A stretch of 64,000 bases of DNA, taken from contig JASTWF010000048.1 of the NCBI GenBank assembly GCA_030390025.1, positions 1,488,001 to 1,552,000 on the forward strand, in the 5' to 3' direction. This document shows positions 58,795 through 64,000 of this stretch, in pieces. Below the pieces are notes generated by a model. That model did no database searches. It was not told the DNA's origin and worked only from the letters and a program-made list of their open reading frames with translations. The position numbers and the translations under genes are program-made. Source of the stretch: Squalus acanthias. Its lineage: Eukaryota. Every line of letters begins with the position of its first letter. The first letter of the stretch is position 1.

Positions 58795-61329
58795 AGAAAC
58801 CCACCCACCATCCCATTACTTCGGCAGCTTAGCAACTTCACAGAATGATACAACACAGACGATAATTTGAGTTTTAATAGAGGTGTTCAAATTTCTGGGT
58901 GGTTTTGATACATTTGCCAAGGAGAAATTGATTCCTCTGCGGGCAGGTTCAGTAAACAGAGAGCACAGATTTAAGGTAATTGGCAAAATATCCAACTGGT
59001 AGACGAGGAGACAGCTTTTCATGCAGCTAGATGTTATGATCAGGAATGCACTTCCTGAAAGTGTGCTGGAAGCAGTTTCATTGGTAACTTTCACAAGGGA
59101 ATTGGACATAAACTTTAAGAGGATAAAACCAGGGCTGTGGGGAATAAGCATGGGTGTTGGAATAATTGTATAGGAGAGGCCAAAACAAAGGGCCATTAGT
59201 GAAAGATAGACATTAATAAGTCCAATAGGGAATTCAGGAGAAATGTCTTTACCCAGAGTGGTGAGAATATGGAATTCGCTACCACAGGGAGTGGTTGAGG
59301 GAAATAACACAGATGCATTTAAGGGGAAGATCGATAAACACATGAGGGTAAAGGAATAGAAGGATTTGTTGACAGGGTGAGAGGAAGAAGGGTGGGAGGA
59401 GACTCGTGGGAGGCTAATTGAATCGCTCTTTCAAAGAGCCGGCACGGACTGGACTGACCGAGTGGTCTGCTTCTCTGCTGTAAGATTGTATCATTCTGTA
59501 AAACACGCATCATTGTTGGTTCAAAGTTTTCTCTTGTTTCAGGCAGTGCAGATTTCAGTTCCCATGTGCTCAACGAAAATTAGAGGGTTAAATTCTTCGC
59601 TGGGCTGAACTTCTTGTTTCTTTGTAAAAACACTTCAAAAGGCACCTAGAGTCTGATACAGAAGTGGGTAAACGGTTTTCAACAGAGTATGTAACCGCCG
59701 TCAGGAGGCAGGTGTCTCAGTGAAAAACATATCCGGGGAGGCATCTCGCCTTTGCACAGTGTGAAAAATTCGTGACACGTTTAAGGGTTCTAAGATGAAT
59801 TACATCCTTTGTGTACTGGGCTGTTCGCCTTTGTGAATGTTAAGAGGCGATTTACCAGAATGGTACCAGTGATGAGGGGCGTCAGTTATGGGAGACTAGG
59901 AAAGCTGGGATTGCTCTCCTTAAAGCAGAGAATGTTAATGGGAGATGTAATCGAGATTTATTTTTCATTCATGGGATGTGGGCGTCGTTGGCAAGGCGGG
60001 CATTTATTGACCATCTCCAATTGCCTTTAGGAAAGGTTGTGGTGAGCTGACTTCTTGATCCGCAAGAGGGCAGTTAATTGAAACAGATGGGTTTCAACAA
60101 CAATCCACTAGCTTTTTAATTCCAGATTTGTTTACGAAACTGAATTGAAATTCCCCAGTTGCCGTGGTGGGATTTGAACTCAAGTCTCGGCATCTTTTCC
60201 ACAGACTTACTGCATTACTCATTCAGCAGCATACCCACTATGCTACCATTCCCCTTGTTCAAGATAATAAAGGGTTTTGATCGAGTAAATGATAAGAAAT
60301 TGCTTCCACTGGCAGGGGGGTCGGTAACCAGAGGACACAGATATAAGGTAATTGGTAAAAGAACGATAGGAATACATAGAACATACTGCACAGAAAGAGG
60401 CCATTCGGCCCAACCTCTCCATGCAGAGGTTACATGCGGTGACATTTTTTTACACAGCAGTTTATTATGGTCTCAAATGCTCATCCTGAAAGGGTAGTGA
60501 AAGCAGATTGAATGCTAACTTTCCAAAGGGAATTGGATACATATTTCCTGGGTGAAATTTTGCAGGTCTATAGGGGATAGAGCAGGGGAATGGGACAAAT
60601 TGGATAGCTTTTTCACAGAGCCGGCACAGGCGCGATGGATCGAAAGGCCTCCTTCTGTGAAGTATCATTCCATGATGCTGTGATAAGGAGCGCGTCTCTC
60701 GTCACTATTGGAATAGCGGAAATAACAGGAATAATTCACTGGCATATCGGAAGTTACGGGTATCGCCTGCACATATTCCACCATCCAAACTTTCACCACT
60801 GACGTTAACCCATTTAATCCACCGCATAACCTGCTGATTAAAATGTGGATAATTTGCTAACAAAGGACATTAGTTACATTGATATAGAATTTTATAATGA
60901 ATTAATAACAAGTTGTAATCATTCAANNNNNNNNNNNNNNNNNNNNNNNNNNNNNNNNNNNNNNNNNNNNNNNNNNNNNNNNNNNNNNNNNNNNNNNNNN
61001 NNNNNNNNNNNNNNNNNNNNNNNNNNNNNNNNNNNNNNNNNNNNNNNNNNNNNNNNNNNNNNNNNNNNNNNNNNNNNNNNNNNNNNNNNNNNNNNNNNNN
61101 NNNNNNNNNNNNNNNNNNNNNNNNNNNNNNNNNNNNNNNNNNNNNNNNNNNNNNNNNNNNNNNNNNNNNNNNNNNNNNNNNNNNNNNNNNNNNNNNNNNN
61201 NNNNNNNNNNNNNNNNNNNNCCAATTTCCTGATTTGAAATCTGAAGTTGTGTGTTAATCTGTTCATTTGCTGCCGATGACCCGCTGTATTTTCCAGTTCT
61301 GTCTCACACAGGAATCGCCACCTGAGAAA

Positions 61330-61368
61330 GGTTTTTGCAGCGAGTGGCGCCGTGTTCTTACCGCTGTG
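61330..61368 (-). other. 23-RSS of V15
   Basis: CACAGCG, 23 nt, GCAAAAACC. Confidence 0.9.
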
Positions 61369-61666
61369 GTACTATCGCTAACGCAGTAATACACAGTCGT
61401 TTCACTGGGCTGCTGTTCGGTCAAGTTCAGGTGGTAGGAATTGTCCATTCCCCTGACTGCAGACACTCGCCCTTTGAACCCTTCGGGTATCTCGGGTGTG
61501 TTCGTCCGATACGCGTAAATCAGGAGCTCCCAGACTAGGTTTGGAGTCTGTCGATATCAGTAGGTTCTGGGATGGTCTTTGTGTACAAAACATGACCCCA
61601 TCATAGAGCCCGATTGGAAACCGGTGAGGAATTTGGGCCTTTGGATACCCGTTTCGGACTGAGCTC
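61369..61666 (-). pseudogene. TRBV: TCR beta V pseudogene V15 (paralog of V1), Trp41 changed to stop
   Basis: AQSETGIQRPKFLTGFQSGSMMGSCFVHKDHPRTY*YRQ..YHLNLTEQQPSETTVYYCVSDS; TGA at 61557-61559. Confidence 0.9.
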
Positions 61667-62499
61667 CTGTAAAAGACACCTGTGTTAATGGACATAACCT
61701 CATTTTACAACCACTTGATAGATAGCGGGCGAATGACGAATGGTTAGCGGAAGTGATAGGGTGCGACGAGGAAGAGAGAAGAAGATGGATAGAGAGAGGG
61801 AGCGAGGGAGAACGAAGAAGATGGATAGAGAGAGGGAGCGAGGGAGAACGAAGAAGAGGGATAGAGAGCGGGAGCGAGGGTGAGAGAAGGAGACGGAGCG
61901 AGAGAGAGGGAGAGGGTGAGAGACGGGAGAGAGGCAGAGAGAGGGGAAGCGATGGCTAGAGCGAAGCAGATATAGAGATTAAGACAGGGAAAGAGAGAGA
62001 CTGAGAGATAGAGAGGACAGAGGGAAAGACGGAGGGAGAGCTTCCNNNNNNNNNNNNNNNNNNNNNNNNNNNNNNNNNNNNNNNNNNNNNNNNNNNNNNN
62101 NNNNNNNNNNNNNNNNNNNNNNNNNNNNNNNNNNNNNNNNNNNNNNNNNNNNNNNNNNNNNNNNNNNNNNNNNNNNNNNNNNNNNNNNNNNNNNNAAAAT
62201 CACTCACTGGTTTAAACAATACAGGAATAACCCTGTTCTCTATATGTCCATCCCGACTGTATTTAACACAATTTGTCTTCTTTATTTGTCACTGATCAGA
62301 TACAGTCTATTTATTCCCACAACGCTGTTCTCTCATTAACTTTCTTTTTTTCTCTCTTTTCTTCATTTTTTTTTCTTTCCTTCTTTCTTTCACCTTTTCC
62401 TTCTTTCTTTCTTTCTGTAATTATTGAACAATTGTTTTGTAGGATTTTAATACATGCCTGCGCCAGACCTGAGGCCTCTATGGGAAACCGGCCTCAGAA

Positions 62500-63805
62500 A
62501 GAGATATTCAAGGCAAAAGTGGATGGTAATGGGACAGGTTAAGAAACAAAGGATGGCTCTAGATGACGTGTAAATGGCACTGGCAGAAAGAAAAACAGCT
62601 GCCATGTGGGAGAGAAGAACAGAACAAAAGTGTGGATAAAAAATATATATATGTGTTGGGGCTGGGGTTATGATCTGAAATTGTTGAACTCTATGTTGAG
62701 TTCAGAAGGCTAAAAAGTGCCTTATCGAAAGATGAGGTGCTGTTCCTCGAGCTTACTCTGAGCTTCCGTGGAACAATGCAAGAGGACAAGGACGGTGAGG
62801 TCTGAGTGGGAGTGGAGCGGTGAATTAAAGTGACAGCGACTAGAAGCTCGGGGTCTCCCTTACGTACAGAACGGAGGTGTTCCCCAAAGCCGTCACCCAA
62901 TCTGCGTTAGGTCTCCCCAGTGTAGAGGAGATCACATCGTAAGCAATGAATACAGTATACTAAATTGCAAGAAGTACAAGTAAATCGCTGTTTCACCTGG
63001 AAGGTGTGTTTGGGGCCCTGGACAGTGGGAAGTGGGGAAGTATAAGTGCATGTTTTGCATCTCCTGCGCTTGCAAGGGAAGGTGCGGGACGAAGGGGAAC
63101 GGGTGTTTGGGGCGAAAGAGGAGTGGGCTAGGGTGTCGCGGAGGGAGCAGTCCCTATGGAATGCTGAAAGGGGAGGTGAAGGGAAGATGCGTTTGGTGGT
63201 GGGATCACGCTGGAGGTGACGGAAATGGCGGAGGATGATCCATTGAAACTGTAGGCTGGTGGTGTGAAAGGTGAGGACAAAGGGAACTCTATCATGGTTC
63301 CGGGAGGATGGGGCAGTGGTGAGGGCAGAAGTGCGGGAGATAGAAGGTACACGGTTAAGGGCCGTGTCAAACAGTGTAGAGGGGAATCCACGGTTGAGGA
63401 AAAAGGAAGACATGTCGGAAGCACTTATATGGAAGGTGGCATCGTCAGTGCAGATGCGGTGGAGACGAAGAAACTGGGAGAATGGAATAGAGTCCTGACA
63501 GGAGTCGGGGTGGGAGTGATTATAGTCCAGGTAGCTGTGGGAGTCAGTGGGCTTGTAGTAAATGTTTGTCAATAACCTATCCCCAGAGATGGAGATGGAG
63601 AGGTCGAGGAAGGGAAGGGAAGAGTCGGAGATGGACCATGTGAAGGTGAGGGAAGTGTGGAAATTGGAAGCTAAGTGAATGAAATTATCTAGTTCAGGGC
63701 GAGAGCAGGAAATTACACCGATACAGTCATCAATGTACTGGATAAAGAGGTGAGGGAGGGGACCTGAGTAGGACTGGAAAAAATAGTGTTCCACATATCT
63801 CACAG
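62500..63805 (-). mobile_element. Penelope-like retroelement, 5'-truncated (RT C-terminal part plus GIY-YIG endonuclease)
   Basis: ORF 62907-63857 has YIDD, LPFLDL, IYYKPTD, CxxxxCKTC and NLVYCIHCLRCDLLYTGET; the continuation RLGDGFGEHLRSV follows a stop. Confidence 0.9.
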
Positions 63806-64000
63806 AGATACTGCGAGGACCAAGGAACAGACTTAAGATGACGTCATCTGTGGCCAAGCGGTTCCAAAGACCAAGGGCCGCGAGAAACTCGTTAAAACTA
63901 TCGCCTAATGTTCAGTATTCATGACGCTGTAAGCTTAATAAATCTTGATCTATCGCTCAAACGTACTGGCTGCTGCCTATTGGTGTCATGTCCAAGAACT

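Larger units (their letters stand above)
58675..62495. other. Segmental duplication of the window's left part (1-1480 and 5030-10600)
   Basis: Colinear promoter, CR1 fragments, cassettes A and B, V1/V15 and the post-gap flank (10285 versus 62196). Confidence 0.85.

Overview
Eukaryotic (cartilaginous fish, most likely shark) genomic DNA from a draft assembly with about a dozen N gaps. It holds part of an antigen-receptor variable-gene cluster, most consistent with the T-cell receptor beta (TRB) V region. I find 15 V segments (V1-V15, numbered left to right), all on the minus strand. Each has the leader exon / intron / V exon layout where visible, and 13 have a recognisable 23-bp-spacer RSS. 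V5, V8, V10, V11 and V14 look intact. V9 has an intact V exon and RSS but a leader that appears frameshifted. V13 has an open reading frame but a CAAGGCG heptamer. V1-V4, V6, V7, V12 and V15 are pseudogenes. No D, J or C segments are visible. The intervening DNA is dominated by CR1 (HER1-type) and L2 LINE fragments, HE1-type and Deu-type SINEs, a palindrome-rich MITE, a 1.75 kb TG..CA solo-LTR-like element, a Penelope-like element, several minisatellites and a locally duplicated spacer module. The most notable observations are a VH-like V with a Cys pair in CDR2, a V family with a germline CDR3 cysteine (CACS), an expanded TRBV30-like group, ETS-CRE composite promoter motifs, co-oriented CTCF-like sites and an unexplained duplicated cassette that may be a decayed exon. 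Most short ORFs in the track are repeat or gap artefacts. All family assignments come from recalled motifs, not database searches.
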